Positions 1-9,355 of a stretch of DNA of 32,000 nt are shown here, one piece after another (the first letter of the stretch is position 1; each line of letters begins with the position of its first letter). The notes under the pieces were generated by a model. The model ran no database searches and had not been told where the DNA came from. It saw only the letters and a list, made by a program, of their open reading frames with translations. Source of the stretch: Promethearchaeia archaeon (GTDB lineage Archaea; Asgardarchaeota; Lokiarchaeia; Sigyniarchaeales; SOKP01). Made by a program: the position numbers and the translations under genes. The stretch spans positions 1,822 through 33,821 of the forward strand of contig JAWOFX010000176.1 of assembly GCA_046497275.1 (NCBI GenBank), given 5' to 3'.

Positions 1-468
1 CTCATCTGGAGGGCAGCAGATACACTTTGTTTTTATTCTTGGATCAATAGTTTTCGCAAAAAAACCGTATTCTACTAATCCAACTGGTTTGCAAGGAAAA
101 TCAGGTAAATTTCTTTGTTTTCGAGCATATTGAACCCGACAATTATTCATTCGATAGGTGCATCTTTTTTCAGACACTTTTACAAATTCCCATTCATTTA
201 TATTGGCATACACCCTAAATTTTAAAGCTTTTATAAGAGCCGGAATGCCTCCTTTCTCTTTAATATTAAAACGCTCCATAATTCGTTTTGCTTCTATTAC
301 AGTGAAACGTTTCCATTGGGCGACATCGATCTCTATTGCTTTTTCTAAACCGTACTCTTTTTCAACTTGCTGAAACCAGGTTCCATCAATGGCGAGCCAA
401 TTTTTCGATATATCTTCAATATAATCAATCAATTCTTCTTTAGTGAGCTTTAACAATTCCTTATTCAT
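1..468 (-). CDS. DUF6125-family protein (Cys-containing, V4R/H-NOX-like fold), 3' end truncated by the window edge
   Basis: Not in the ORF track. Hand translation from ATG at 468: MNKELLKLTKEELIDYIEDISKNWLAIDGTWFQQVEKEYGLEKAIEIDVAQWKRFTVIEAKRI...CRVQYARKQRNLPDFPCKPVG...CICCPPDE, open to position 1. The WLAxDGxWF, CRVQxAR..FPCK and CPPD motifs match DUF6125 as I recall it. Confidence 0.75.
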   Translation of the reverse strand, partial: MNKELLKLTKEELIDYIEDISKNWLAIDGTWFQQVEKEYGLEKAIEIDVAQWKRFTVIEAKRIMERFNIKEKGGIPALIKALKFRVYANINEWEFVKVSEKRCTYRMNNCRVQYARKQRNLPDFPCKPVGLVEYGFFAKTIDPRIKTKCICCPPDE

Positions 469-686
469 AAAAACAACAAATATTTTTTTTAGTTGTATGA
501 ATAAATGATTAATCAATAAATTAATTTTAAGAAAATAAGAGACTTTAACCAATGATTCAATTAAAAAATCCTTAAGCTTTGTATTATTTTTTATAAAGAA
601 ACTAGCCAAAGTTTTAGATTTTATTAAATTGATTCACAATATGTAAAAGAAGTTGTTTTTTTAATATAGAACTTCAAGTATTGGTT

Positions 687-1544
687 TTAAAGTTCCAGAT
701 TCTGACCCTTAATATCATCTGAGTGGTCAAAGTTTTCAATTAAAACAGGAGTTCTCATATCGATCTTGTAATCTTGACAAGCATAAAAAACTGCTTTCTT
801 CATTTGGAAATCAAATTTAGGAATAACTTTACTGTTATTTATAAAAACATTCAACCTATATTGAACGGCATTATCCAGAAACTCAAAAACATCCACTCGT
901 GGTTGAGGAAATTTAAGCACATTCGAAAATCGTTCAGCTGTTTCTAATAATGCTTTTTCAACTAATCTAGGATCAACATTATAGCCCGCAGTCATAAGAA
1001 CTTCTCGTCTTAAAATTTTATGTTTCCCAAAATTTTGGATCTCTGTTTTTAAAAGTTTTTGATTAGGAATAGAAATCTTAACACCATTAATTTCTTCTAA
1101 AATGGTATAAATCAGTTTGATATCAACTACATCAGCAATTTTTCCTAAAAAGAAAATTCTATCTCCCACTCTAAACGGTTTACTCATAATAATTATTATT
1201 CCCGCAATTAAATTCCCAAGTGTATTCATCGATGCGAATCCTATGACCGTACCTGCAGAAATAGTGGCAAGACCCGCAAATACACTTAGAGTATCAGCGA
1301 ATTGAATCAATAGTATCGCTAGAACAATTATAAAGATGATTAATTTCAACAATCTTAAAATATTCTTCCCTGTTGATTCATGTATTCGTTCTTTTCTTTG
1401 TAATCGTGATATTTCTCTCTTAATTAAAAAATAAATAAAATAAGCAATTATAATCGTTAAACCAGACATAATTAAAGTCCAGATGTTTTCCCAAAACCAA
1501 TCTGAAATCCCTTCAAATATTTCTAATATTTGTATTTTTATCAA
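687..1544 (-). CDS. mscS: Small-conductance mechanosensitive channel (MscS family)
   Basis: Three N-terminal hydrophobic segments followed by GFASMNTLGNLIAGIII..KPFRVGDRI and ISIPNQKL..TEIQNF, typical MscS motifs. TTG start. Confidence 0.9.
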   Translation of the reverse strand: MIKIQILEIFEGISDWFWENIWTLIMSGLTIIIAYFIYFLIKREISRLQRKERIHESTGKNILRLLKLIIFIIVLAILLIQFADTLSVFAGLATISAGTVIGFASMNTLGNLIAGIIIIMSKPFRVGDRIFFLGKIADVVDIKLIYTILEEINGVKISIPNQKLLKTEIQNFGKHKILRREVLMTAGYNVDPRLVEKALLETAERFSNVLKFPQPRVDVFEFLDNAVQYRLNVFINNSKVIPKFDFQMKKAVFYACQDYKIDMRTPVLIENFDHSDDIKGQNLEL

Positions 1545-1685
1545 CTCGTTAAATATTAAGTTATTATAGATTTGAACCTTTTATAATTATCATTAATCAT
1601 TTCTTAACAAAGCAAGGTAAATGATTCTCGCTTAATATTAAAATTTTTTTTTTTAATATTAATTGCATTTTCCTTTAGAACGAGT

Positions 1686-1694
1686 AAAAAAAAA
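1686..1694 (-). terminator. Possible archaeal oligo(U) terminator of the kamA-kamE unit
   Basis: A9 on plus (T9 on minus) about 100 nt downstream of the kamE stop. Such runs are common in this AT-rich DNA. Confidence 0.3.
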
Positions 1695-1791
1695 TCATAT
1701 CACTAAAATTTAAAGAAAAGTGTGTAAATGTAAAATTTAATCAATGTTTTTTTAATTTTGAACTTTCTATGTTTAAATTATAAAAAGTCTG

Positions 1792-2598
1792 TTAACTCTT
1801 ACTATGATTTAGTTTTCTTTTGCATAATTCTTTTACAAAATATGTAGCAACCATCTCAGGAGTGGTTCCTGAGCCAAAGCCTGCATCATATCCTAATTCT
1901 TTTGCTAATTTATTTTCAATTCTTGCTCCACCGCAAATCAATATAATTCTATCTCTTAGACCCTCCGCCTCTAATAAATCAACTAAATTGGTTAAGTTTT
2001 CCACATGAATATTTTTTTCAGTTACCGTTTGAGAAACTAAGAGCACATCAGTATTTAGTTCTATAGCTTTTGCCGCAAATTTTTCATTGGAAACTTGGGC
2101 TCCCATATTATATGCTTCAATCATCTCATATCGTTCCAAACCATAATGGCCGGCATATCCTTTCATATTCATGATCGCATCAATACCAACTGTATGAGCA
2201 TCCGTTCCAGTAGATGCCCCTAAAACAATTATTTTTCTTCCTAAATGATTCTTGATATATTCATTAATTTCTTTGAAGGACATTACATCTGAATCAATAG
2301 AATCTATTTTAATCTTAGTATAATTAATAAAATGGTCAACTTCCCCATAAATAATAAAGAAAGTAAATCCTTTATCTAGTTTCTTATGATATGTAATCAG
2401 TGGATCTTGTATTCCCATTTTTATAGCTAAGATCTTAGCTGCTTCTAACGCTTTAACATCTTCTTGGAGTGGAAGAGTAAAACTAATTTGAACTTTTCCA
2501 TCATTCATAATATCTCCATAAGGTTTAACCCTCGTTAAATCCAAATTTGCCCTTAGATCTTTATTTTCTTTTAAATTAAAATTATTAGCCATATTCAT
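1792..2598 (-). CDS. kamE: D-lysine/L-beta-lysine 5,6-aminomutase beta subunit (AdoCbl- and PLP-binding)
   Basis: Base-off B12 motif DxHxxG in STGTDAHTVGIDAIMNMKGYAGHYGLE, which also carries the PLP lysine. N-terminal PYGD..NDGKVQISFTLP dimerisation domain, SQTVT and GGARI motifs. ATGA overlap with the kamD stop. Confidence 0.96.
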   Translation of the reverse strand: MNMANNFNLKENKDLRANLDLTRVKPYGDIMNDGKVQISFTLPLQEDVKALEAAKILAIKMGIQDPLITYHKKLDKGFTFFIIYGEVDHFINYTKIKIDSIDSDVMSFKEINEYIKNHLGRKIIVLGASTGTDAHTVGIDAIMNMKGYAGHYGLERYEMIEAYNMGAQVSNEKFAAKAIELNTDVLLVSQTVTEKNIHVENLTNLVDLLEAEGLRDRIILICGGARIENKLAKELGYDAGFGSGTTPEMVATYFVKELCKRKLNHSKS

Positions 2599-4181
2599 CC
2601 CTCATTAAACAATTCTCTTTTCATTAAATCTATAAATGGATTATAATAATTGGGATCTTTCTTAATTATTCCTTCAAAACCTTTTCCTCCCTCTAATTTT
2701 CTGCTAATCCCAGCAAAAATTCCATTTTCAATTGTTCTGAAAATACCGATTTTTTCAATTTTTTCTAATAATTCAAAAGCTCCATATAAAACATTCTCTG
2801 CCCTCTTTTGAATAATACCATCCTCCTTAAATGATATCTCTTCTCCAAATGACTTCATGTTATTGAAGATATACTGAGCATTTTCAATTGATAATGCTCT
2901 ATCAGAAAGAAAAGGCGTATGTATCGCTTCGGTTAGCATGCCAAGTAAATGGATTTTTTGATGGGTTAAAATTGTAATCATATTGAAAAGGGCATCTTGG
3001 ATATGTGCTTTATAAATATTACCTGTTTTGAACTTTGTAGGAGGCATATATTTAAGTGGGGCATTTGGAAAGATTTCTCTTGACATTTGAGCTTGTGCTA
3101 GTTCATATAGAAACCCATTTTCAATAGCTGGATCCATTTCAAAAGCATGTCCTAATCCCATCTGTTTTTCTTTCAAACCTGCAAGAAGAGCAAATTGTTC
3201 ATTAATAAATTGAGATGCTAATACTGTATGAGCATTTTCAAATGCATCAGAAGTTTTTAAATAGTTATCCTCTCCAGTATTTATAATGATTCCAGCATAA
3301 GCATTTAACATACGGGAAAAATGTTGATCAATTAAGGTTCTTTTCATATTAATATCTCGGAATAATATTCCGTATAAAGCATCATTAAGCATAACATCTA
3401 ATCGTTCAAGTGCTCCTATTGCCGCAATTTCAGGCATACATAATCCAGAACAATAATTAGTCAATCTAATATATCTTCCAATCTCTTCGCTAACCTCATC
3501 GAGAGCAGTTCTCATTAATCGAAAATTTTCCTGAGTTGCATAAGTTCCACCGAAACCTTCGGTAGTTGGACCATAAGGAACGTAATCCAAAAGACTTTGA
3601 GCTGTAGATCTAATTACTGCAATTATATCTGCTCCTTGTCTTGCAGCAGCTTGTGCTTGAACTATATCCTCATAAATGTTTCCAGTAGCTACAATCACAT
3701 ATAAATATGGTCCTTGTTTTTCTCCATATCTATGAATTAATTTATTCCGTTTTTTTTTATTATTCTTGATGATTCTTAATGTTTCTTTTGCTTTTTCCTC
3801 AACCACTTGTTTTATATCATTTATATTTTCGAATGGTAATTTAGTTATATTTAGTTCATTTTCAGAAATACGTTGTGCGATTTCTTGAAATGTGATGTTT
3901 TTTTGTATGACAGCATTTCCTAAGAATAAAGCTACTCCCTGACCTAAGTCTGAATTTTTTTTAATATGATCTACAATTATGTTTGATAAAGGGATATCAT
4001 ATTTATCTACTCCATCTATACCGAGTAATCTACAAATCGTTCTTTCAATCGTAGTAGTTGTATATTTATTTATTTTTTTCTGAGTATTTAGTGCTATATT
4101 TTTTGCTAAATTTCTAGCCCTATCTACTAAGGCGAAGTCTAAATTTAATTTACTTCTTCTGAATTTATTCTCTCTATCCAT
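2595..4181 (-). CDS. kamD: Lysine 5,6-aminomutase alpha subunit (TIM barrel)
   Basis: YVIVATGNIYED, IAVIRSTAQSLLDYVPYG, EGFGGTYATQENF, NYCSGLCMPE, INTGEDNY, KYMPPTKF and MLTEAIHTP. Adjacent to kamE. The lysine context favours KamD over ornithine aminomutase. Confidence 0.96.
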   Translation of the reverse strand: MDRENKFRRSKLNLDFALVDRARNLAKNIALNTQKKINKYTTTTIERTICRLLGIDGVDKYDIPLSNIIVDHIKKNSDLGQGVALFLGNAVIQKNITFQEIAQRISENELNITKLPFENINDIKQVVEEKAKETLRIIKNNKKKRNKLIHRYGEKQGPYLYVIVATGNIYEDIVQAQAAARQGADIIAVIRSTAQSLLDYVPYGPTTEGFGGTYATQENFRLMRTALDEVSEEIGRYIRLTNYCSGLCMPEIAAIGALERLDVMLNDALYGILFRDINMKRTLIDQHFSRMLNAYAGIIINTGEDNYLKTSDAFENAHTVLASQFINEQFALLAGLKEKQMGLGHAFEMDPAIENGFLYELAQAQMSREIFPNAPLKYMPPTKFKTGNIYKAHIQDALFNMITILTHQKIHLLGMLTEAIHTPFLSDRALSIENAQYIFNNMKSFGEEISFKEDGIIQKRAENVLYGAFELLEKIEKIGIFRTIENGIFAGISRKLEGGKGFEGIIKKDPNYYNPFIDLMKRELFNEG

Positions 4182-4225
4182 AATATATTCAATTCATTTT
4201 TTATTATTCTACTAATTAAGCTATT

Positions 4226-5260
4226 TTATTGAATCCCTATATCAAATACAGGTATTTTGGTTTTCAATTTTAATTTTTTCATAAATTTAGAGCTCTCAAA
4301 CCTATATCCGTAAGGTGATGTTGGATTTATGGCTATTGCTATTAAATTAATAGCTTTCATAACTTTTATTTCATTTCTTGTCTGTAGGAAATTTGAAAAA
4401 ACGTTCCTTTCTACAAATAACTTTGTTGCATCTTCTATTATAATGGTAATATTCTTTTTATATCTGTGTTCTTTTATTAGCATTTTTAATAATTTATCTG
4501 TTAATGCTCCTCTCACTACTAAATAATTAGTATCTTCATTTATTCTGTCTAAGATTTGCTTTTCATGTCCTAGTAAGGTTGATATATTTAGGTAAATTGT
4601 TTTATAAGAATTGTCTATAAACCCTACTTTTGATTTCTTGAAAATATCTTTCGTAAGTTCTCTTATTTTTATGCTCTCCTCTCTGGGAAGTGTTAGAATG
4701 TTAACGGTATGTATGGTTTTATCTATGACAACCTCCATTTTCTCCGATACAGATGCACCCGTAGAAAGGATAACATAATCGGAAATCAGAGGTGTTGCAT
4801 ATGATTTTCTATCAAAAGCTCCATCAATTAGTATAAGATCACATCCTAATTTCTTAAATTCTCCAATAATAGCAAACAATTGATTATTAATCGAAGGACC
4901 CGCTAATTCTATGAATCCATCATTGATGGCTTCAACTATTTTTATATATCCTAGAGGGGTATTATAAGGAGAAGTTTTAATAGTTCTTACTTTTACTTGA
5001 CTTGCTTCAATCGTATCCTCGGCTGTAGCTATTATGGTATTCTTTTTTATAAATATAAGTGGTTTAGGTAAATTTGTAATAATATCGTAGGGCTCTCCAT
5101 CTCTTCCTATTGAACTTATTCCCAATTTAGTGTTTTTATTAAGATTTTTAATAATATAATTTAATATTGTGGTTTTCCCAGAATTTTTTGCTAATCCGAC
5201 TATTGATATTACTTTACATTTTTTTTTAGTTAAGTCAAAAAAAAATTCCATGAAATCCAT
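4226..5260 (-). CDS. kamB: Lysine 5,6-aminomutase reactivase subunit KamB-like
   Basis: P-loop-like SIVGLAKNSGKTT, SIGRDGE, ELAGP and ILIDGAFDRKS. About 340 aa, positioned between kamA and kamD as in bacterial kam operons. Confidence 0.82.
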   Translation of the reverse strand: MDFMEFFFDLTKKKCKVISIVGLAKNSGKTTILNYIIKNLNKNTKLGISSIGRDGEPYDIITNLPKPLIFIKKNTIIATAEDTIEASQVKVRTIKTSPYNTPLGYIKIVEAINDGFIELAGPSINNQLFAIIGEFKKLGCDLILIDGAFDRKSYATPLISDYVILSTGASVSEKMEVVIDKTIHTVNILTLPREESIKIRELTKDIFKKSKVGFIDNSYKTIYLNISTLLGHEKQILDRINEDTNYLVVRGALTDKLLKMLIKEHRYKKNITIIIEDATKLFVERNVFSNFLQTRNEIKVMKAINLIAIAINPTSPYGYRFESSKFMKKLKLKTKIPVFDIGIQ

Positions 5261-5287
5261 TTCTCAAATAACCACCAACTAATTGAT

Positions 5288-6532
5288 TTATTTAGTTAGC
5301 TTTTTTCTTCTTAATTTTCTTTTAAGATCTTCAGGTTCTATCGTGAGTTTATCTCCATTGAGTAAACCAGCAACTCCTATTAATGGCTCTTTATTTTCAT
5401 TATCACATTTGGGTTCATAATTTTTTGGTTCTTCATAAGTTGTTATAACACCTTCAAAATTTCTTAATACAACTCTCTGATTCCCTTGTGATATTGTGTA
5501 ATCAGGCATAACAGGAATTTTTCCACCACCACCTGGAGCATCTACTACAAATGTTGGAACACATAATCCAGAGGTATGACCTCGTAGCCCTTCAATTATT
5601 TCAATTCCTTGAGCAATTGTGGTTCTGAAATGTTCTAAACCCATAGATAAGTCGCATTGATACATATAATAAGGTCTAACTCTGATCTTTACTAGTTCAT
5701 GAACTAATTGCTTCATAATATATGTACAATCATTAACCCCTCTCAAGAGAACTGATTGATTTCCCATAGGAATACCACTATCTGCTAACATCTCACAAGC
5801 TCGTTTCGATTCCTCAGTTATTTCATTAGGATGATTAAAATGAGTATTAAACCATAATGGATGATATTTTTTAAGTATTTCACATAATTCGGATGTGATT
5901 CTTTGAGGCATAACAACGGGCGTTCTAGAACCTATTCGTATGATCTCTACATGAGAAATTGCTCTTAACCTTTTTAAAATTTCTTCCAATTTTTTGTTTG
6001 AAATAAGAAGAGCATCACCTCCAGATAATAAAACATCTCTGACGTCTGTTGTTTTTTCAATATATTCTATACAGTTATCTATTTGCGATTGTGGAGGCGC
6101 TTGGTCATGATGGCCCGCGAATCTTCTACGAGTGCAATGACGACAATACATAGAACAATTTTCAGTGACTAAAAATAGAACTCTGTCTGGATATCTATGA
6201 GTTAATCCTTTAGTTGGTGAGTCTATATCTTCATGAAGAGGATCCTCTAGATCTGCCGGTGATTTATATAATTCCCTAATAGAGGGAACAGCTTGTTTAC
6301 GTATTGGATCATCTGGATCATTAGGATCAATTAAAGAAAGGTAATAAGGTGTTATTGCCATCCTTAATTTTTCCAAACATTTTCTAATATCTTGTTCCTC
6401 TTTGGCAGATAGAGGTAAATATCTCTTTAATTCTTCTATAGTCGTTATCCTATTTTTAACTTGCCAGTGCCAATCATTCCAATCTGAATCATTAACATCT
6501 TTAAATAACTCATATCTTCTATTTATCTTCAT
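5288..6532 (-). CDS. kamA: L-lysine 2,3-aminomutase (radical SAM, PLP)
   Basis: [17 protein letters not shown], CxxxCxxC (CSMYCRHC), [28 protein letters not shown], and PGGGGKIPV (PLP lysine). Confidence 0.98.
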   Translation of the reverse strand: MKINRRYELFKDVNDSDWNDWHWQVKNRITTIEELKRYLPLSAKEEQDIRKCLEKLRMAITPYYLSLIDPNDPDDPIRKQAVPSIRELYKSPADLEDPLHEDIDSPTKGLTHRYPDRVLFLVTENCSMYCRHCTRRRFAGHHDQAPPQSQIDNCIEYIEKTTDVRDVLLSGGDALLISNKKLEEILKRLRAISHVEIIRIGSRTPVVMPQRITSELCEILKKYHPLWFNTHFNHPNEITEESKRACEMLADSGIPMGNQSVLLRGVNDCTYIMKQLVHELVKIRVRPYYMYQCDLSMGLEHFRTTIAQGIEIIEGLRGHTSGLCVPTFVVDAPGGGGKIPVMPDYTISQGNQRVVLRNFEGVITTYEEPKNYEPKCDNENKEPLIGVAGLLNGDKLTIEPEDLKRKLRRKKLTK

Positions 6533-6560
6533 ACTTAAACCAATTCTCCATAATTCTTAA

Positions 6561-6568
6561 TATATAAA
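6561..6568 (-). promoter_or_regulatory. Candidate TATA box for kamA
   Basis: TTTATATA on minus, 29-36 nt upstream of the kamA ATG, inside the 171-nt kdd-kamA gap. Confidence 0.4.
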
Positions 6569-6683
6569 TTAATTTAAATCACTTTAATTAATAAATAAAT
6601 GAAAGAAAGGATAATATTTCTAATTTCGGTATAGGTTGGGATATTTGTGGGAATTTAAATATGAAAAGATATTTAAATATAGG

Positions 6684-6693
6684 AAAAAGTAAA
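6684..6693 (-). terminator. Candidate U-rich terminator after kdd
   Basis: TTTACTTTTT on minus, 10-20 nt after the kdd TGA. Confidence 0.3.
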
Positions 6694-6703
6694 TCACATC
6701 TGA

Positions 6704-7741
6704 TCAGGTATATCTTTCTTTAAGGATCTGATATAATTTTTCATTTTCTCTAACTAGATCTAATGCAATATTAGCATGATTTTTTGTATAGCCATTTCCT
6801 ATAATCATATTGACATCTTTTCCAACTCCTTCTGCTCCTAAAGCAGCTTTGGTAAAACTCGTAGCCATAGAAAAGAAATATACAATACCCCCGTCTTTTG
6901 CGGGTAGGATAGTTGACATCTCTGTATTAGGGATGCTAAGACAATTAATTGATTTATCCACCTCTTCTCCATTGTTAACTCTCAATGTTTTTTCTAAAAC
7001 ATCAATAGGATTTAATACTTCTGCAATTATTACTTCATCACAGAAATTCGTACTTCTTAAAAAATCTGCTCTTTCTTTATTTCTTGCTTCACCAATGACT
7101 AATCCTTCTTCCCCGACTAATTTTTTTGCCATACAACAACACATTAAGCCAGATTTACCAGTTGCGCCTAATATTAGTACTCTATCATTTTTTTTGACTA
7201 ATTTTTTAATTTGTGCTGGAGCACCAGCGACATCGAATATTGCTAAAGCTAAAGTTTCATTAAAATCCGCAGGTAATTTTGCATAAATTCCACATTCAAA
7301 TAAAATTGCTTTTCCTCTAATTTTGACTCTCTCGATTTCTGGTTCAATTTTTATAATCTCCTTTATTTTAAGAGGAGTAAGAGAAAGTGATACCAATGTC
7401 GCAATCTTATCTCCAATTTTTAAATCTCTCGTATTTTTAAGATCTCTACCAATATCTTCAATTGTCCCAATAAGCATTCCTCCAGAACCTGTAACTGGAT
7501 TTTGCATCTTCCCTCGTTCTTCCACAATTTCCATAATTCTAGTTTTAACTTTTTCTAAATCATTTTTTGACTCTTTCATTAATTGAGTAAAAGAGGCAGA
7601 GTCAATATTTAAATAATCCACATCAATTAAGATCTCATTATCATAAAGTTCCATCTTATTAGATATTTTATCTGCTGCTTGAGGTAAAGTTCCTTCTGGT
7701 TCAATTACTCGATGAGACCCATACTTGTTTTCTTTCAACAT
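6704..7741 (-). CDS. kdd: L-erythro-3,5-diaminohexanoate dehydrogenase
   Basis: YGSHRVIEP..LPQAA, NIDSASF, RGKMQNPVTGSGGMLIG, ATLVSLSLTPL, DVAGAPAQ, Rossmann GATGKSG and FFSMATSF..AALGAEG. Confidence 0.95.
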   Translation of the reverse strand: MLKENKYGSHRVIEPEGTLPQAADKISNKMELYDNEILIDVDYLNIDSASFTQLMKESKNDLEKVKTRIMEIVEERGKMQNPVTGSGGMLIGTIEDIGRDLKNTRDLKIGDKIATLVSLSLTPLKIKEIIKIEPEIERVKIRGKAILFECGIYAKLPADFNETLALAIFDVAGAPAQIKKLVKKNDRVLILGATGKSGLMCCCMAKKLVGEEGLVIGEARNKERADFLRSTNFCDEVIIAEVLNPIDVLEKTLRVNNGEEVDKSINCLSIPNTEMSTILPAKDGGIVYFFSMATSFTKAALGAEGVGKDVNMIIGNGYTKNHANIALDLVRENEKLYQILKERYT

Positions 7742-7794
7742 TTTTTTTAATTATTATTAATCAATGAATTAATTATGAATTTATGATTAAATAT

Positions 7795-8499
7795 TTATTT
7801 TTGAGCAATAAATAATCCTCTTTCTTTCATAAAACCATCATCTAAGAATACAGTACTAAGTCCAGCGTCTTCAAAAATTTGAAGTGTTTTGTCTATTTCA
7901 AAAAGTCCTAAGATATGTTTTTCCTTAAAATATTCAACTTCCTCACCAAATTTAGCTATTAAATAATGCATATTCATTATAGATAAATTATCTTCTACCT
8001 TGGAATCATTTAAACGTGCGATCTTGATTTTATCATCCTCATAGGTGGTCATACCAGGACTCCCTTCTCTAAATACAGATCTTGTGAACCATGGTTCAAT
8101 TAAAATTATTCCACCCTTTTTTAAATGATCATTAAATAGCTGAATGGCTTTTTTCAAATTTTTGTAAGTTCGTAAATATCCTATTGAACTAAATAAACAA
8201 ATAATTATATCGAAAGTTTTATTTAGATTCAGATCAAGCATATTAGATCGGATAAATGTGACGTCTGGTAATTTCTCTTTAGCAATGGTTAACATATTTT
8301 CATTTATATCCACTCCAACGCAATTATAATCCTTCTTAAGATATTTCAAATGTTCTGCTGTACCACAAGCTATGTCTAAAAGATCATTTCCCTCTGATTT
8401 TTTATTATCTTTTATTATTTTCTTTAATTTTGCGACTTCCGACTTATAATCTTTAAATTGGTATATTAAATCGTAAATTTCTGCAAATTTTTCGTACAT
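7795..8499 (-). CDS. Class I SAM-dependent methyltransferase, resembling TylM1/DesVI-type amine N-methyltransferases
   Basis: AEIYDLIY..KDY, motif I LLDIACGTAEH, GVDIN..ML, FDIIICLFSSIGYL and HLKKGGIILIEPWF. Class I MTase is secure. The subfamily is a by-eye resemblance. Confidence 0.85.
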   Translation of the reverse strand: MYEKFAEIYDLIYQFKDYKSEVAKLKKIIKDNKKSEGNDLLDIACGTAEHLKYLKKDYNCVGVDINENMLTIAKEKLPDVTFIRSNMLDLNLNKTFDIIICLFSSIGYLRTYKNLKKAIQLFNDHLKKGGIILIEPWFTRSVFREGSPGMTTYEDDKIKIARLNDSKVEDNLSIMNMHYLIAKFGEEVEYFKEKHILGLFEIDKTLQIFEDAGLSTVFLDDGFMKERGLFIAQK

Positions 8500-8509
8500 A
8501 TTTTTTTAC

Positions 8510-9343
8510 CTAATCTTTTTTATTAATTCCCAAAATTTTCCGAGCCTTTTGAGGTGAAGCAATTTTTCTACCCAAACTTTCGGAAATATTTACAAGTTTT
8601 TCCACTAAGCTTCCATTTGATTCAGCCAATTTCCCTTTAGAAATATATATATTATCTTCAAAACCAACCCTGGCATGTCCCCCCATTATTATAGACACTG
8701 TAGCCATATTGAATTCATATCTGCCAATCCCTGTAACAGTATAAGTAGCATCAATAGGTAAGGATTCTACAAGAAAGACTAAATCTCTTACTGTTGCGCT
8801 AATACCACCATTTACACCTAAAACCAAATTAAAATGCATTGGTAATTTTATAATTCCTTGCTTATGTAATTTCAACACCATATCAATCATTCCCTTGTCA
8901 AAACATTCTAATTCTGGTTTTATTCCTAATTTATTCATCTCTTTAGCAAAATAAATTATATCATTTTCTGTATTAATGAATATATCATCTCCTCCAAAAT
9001 TCATAGTTCCACAATCTAAGCTAGCCATTTCTGGAGGAGGATATAAATATATTGGTTGCAATCTCTCCTTATTATTCATTCCTATTGCACCACCTGTGGA
9101 GGGTTGAATAATCACATCGGGACATCTTTTCTTTATTTCTTTTATACAAACTTCAAATCTTTTCTTATTTTGTGTAGGGGTCCCATCATCATTTCTCACA
9201 TGTAAATGTATAATACTTGCCCCCGCTTTATAAGCTTTTTCTGCCTCTATTCCTATTTCTTCTATAGTATAAGGAATAGAAGGATTCTGTTCTTTAGATA
9301 CTTCCGCTCCACAAATTGCGGCTGTTATGATTAAATCTTCCAA
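8510..9343 (-). CDS. kce: 3-keto-5-aminohexanoate cleavage enzyme (BKACE family)
   Basis: IITAAICGAE, Zn-binding HLHVR, IQPSTGG, EMASLDCGTMNFG, KPELECFD and GHARVGFEDN. TTG start. Confidence 0.95.
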   Translation of the reverse strand: MEDLIITAAICGAEVSKEQNPSIPYTIEEIGIEAEKAYKAGASIIHLHVRNDDGTPTQNKKRFEVCIKEIKKRCPDVIIQPSTGGAIGMNNKERLQPIYLYPPPEMASLDCGTMNFGGDDIFINTENDIIYFAKEMNKLGIKPELECFDKGMIDMVLKLHKQGIIKLPMHFNLVLGVNGGISATVRDLVFLVESLPIDATYTVTGIGRYEFNMATVSIIMGGHARVGFEDNIYISKGKLAESNGSLVEKLVNISESLGRKIASPQKARKILGINKKD

Positions 9344-9355
9344 ATGATTCTCAAC

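Noticed and set aside
158-373. Plus-strand 71-aa ORF
   Set aside because: Antisense shadow of the DUF6125 gene (1-468 minus), with no recognisable motifs.
1792-4181. D-ornithine 4,5-aminomutase (OraSE)
   Set aside because: The two-subunit layout with a separate B12 subunit and the kdd/kce/kal context fit lysine 5,6-aminomutase.
5288-6532. KamA as EF-P beta-lysylation EpmB or as osmolyte AblA
   Set aside because: No epmA or ablB-type acetyltransferase nearby, and the full catabolic cluster explains it.
687-6532. MscS plus KamA as an osmolyte (beta-lysine) module
   Set aside because: A 247-nt gap with a T-tract separates mscS from kamE and there is no acetyltransferase, so adjacency is the only evidence.
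6572-6680. Three ATTTAAAT octamers as a repeat element
   Set aside because: Expected by chance in such AT-rich DNA, and the spacing is irregular.
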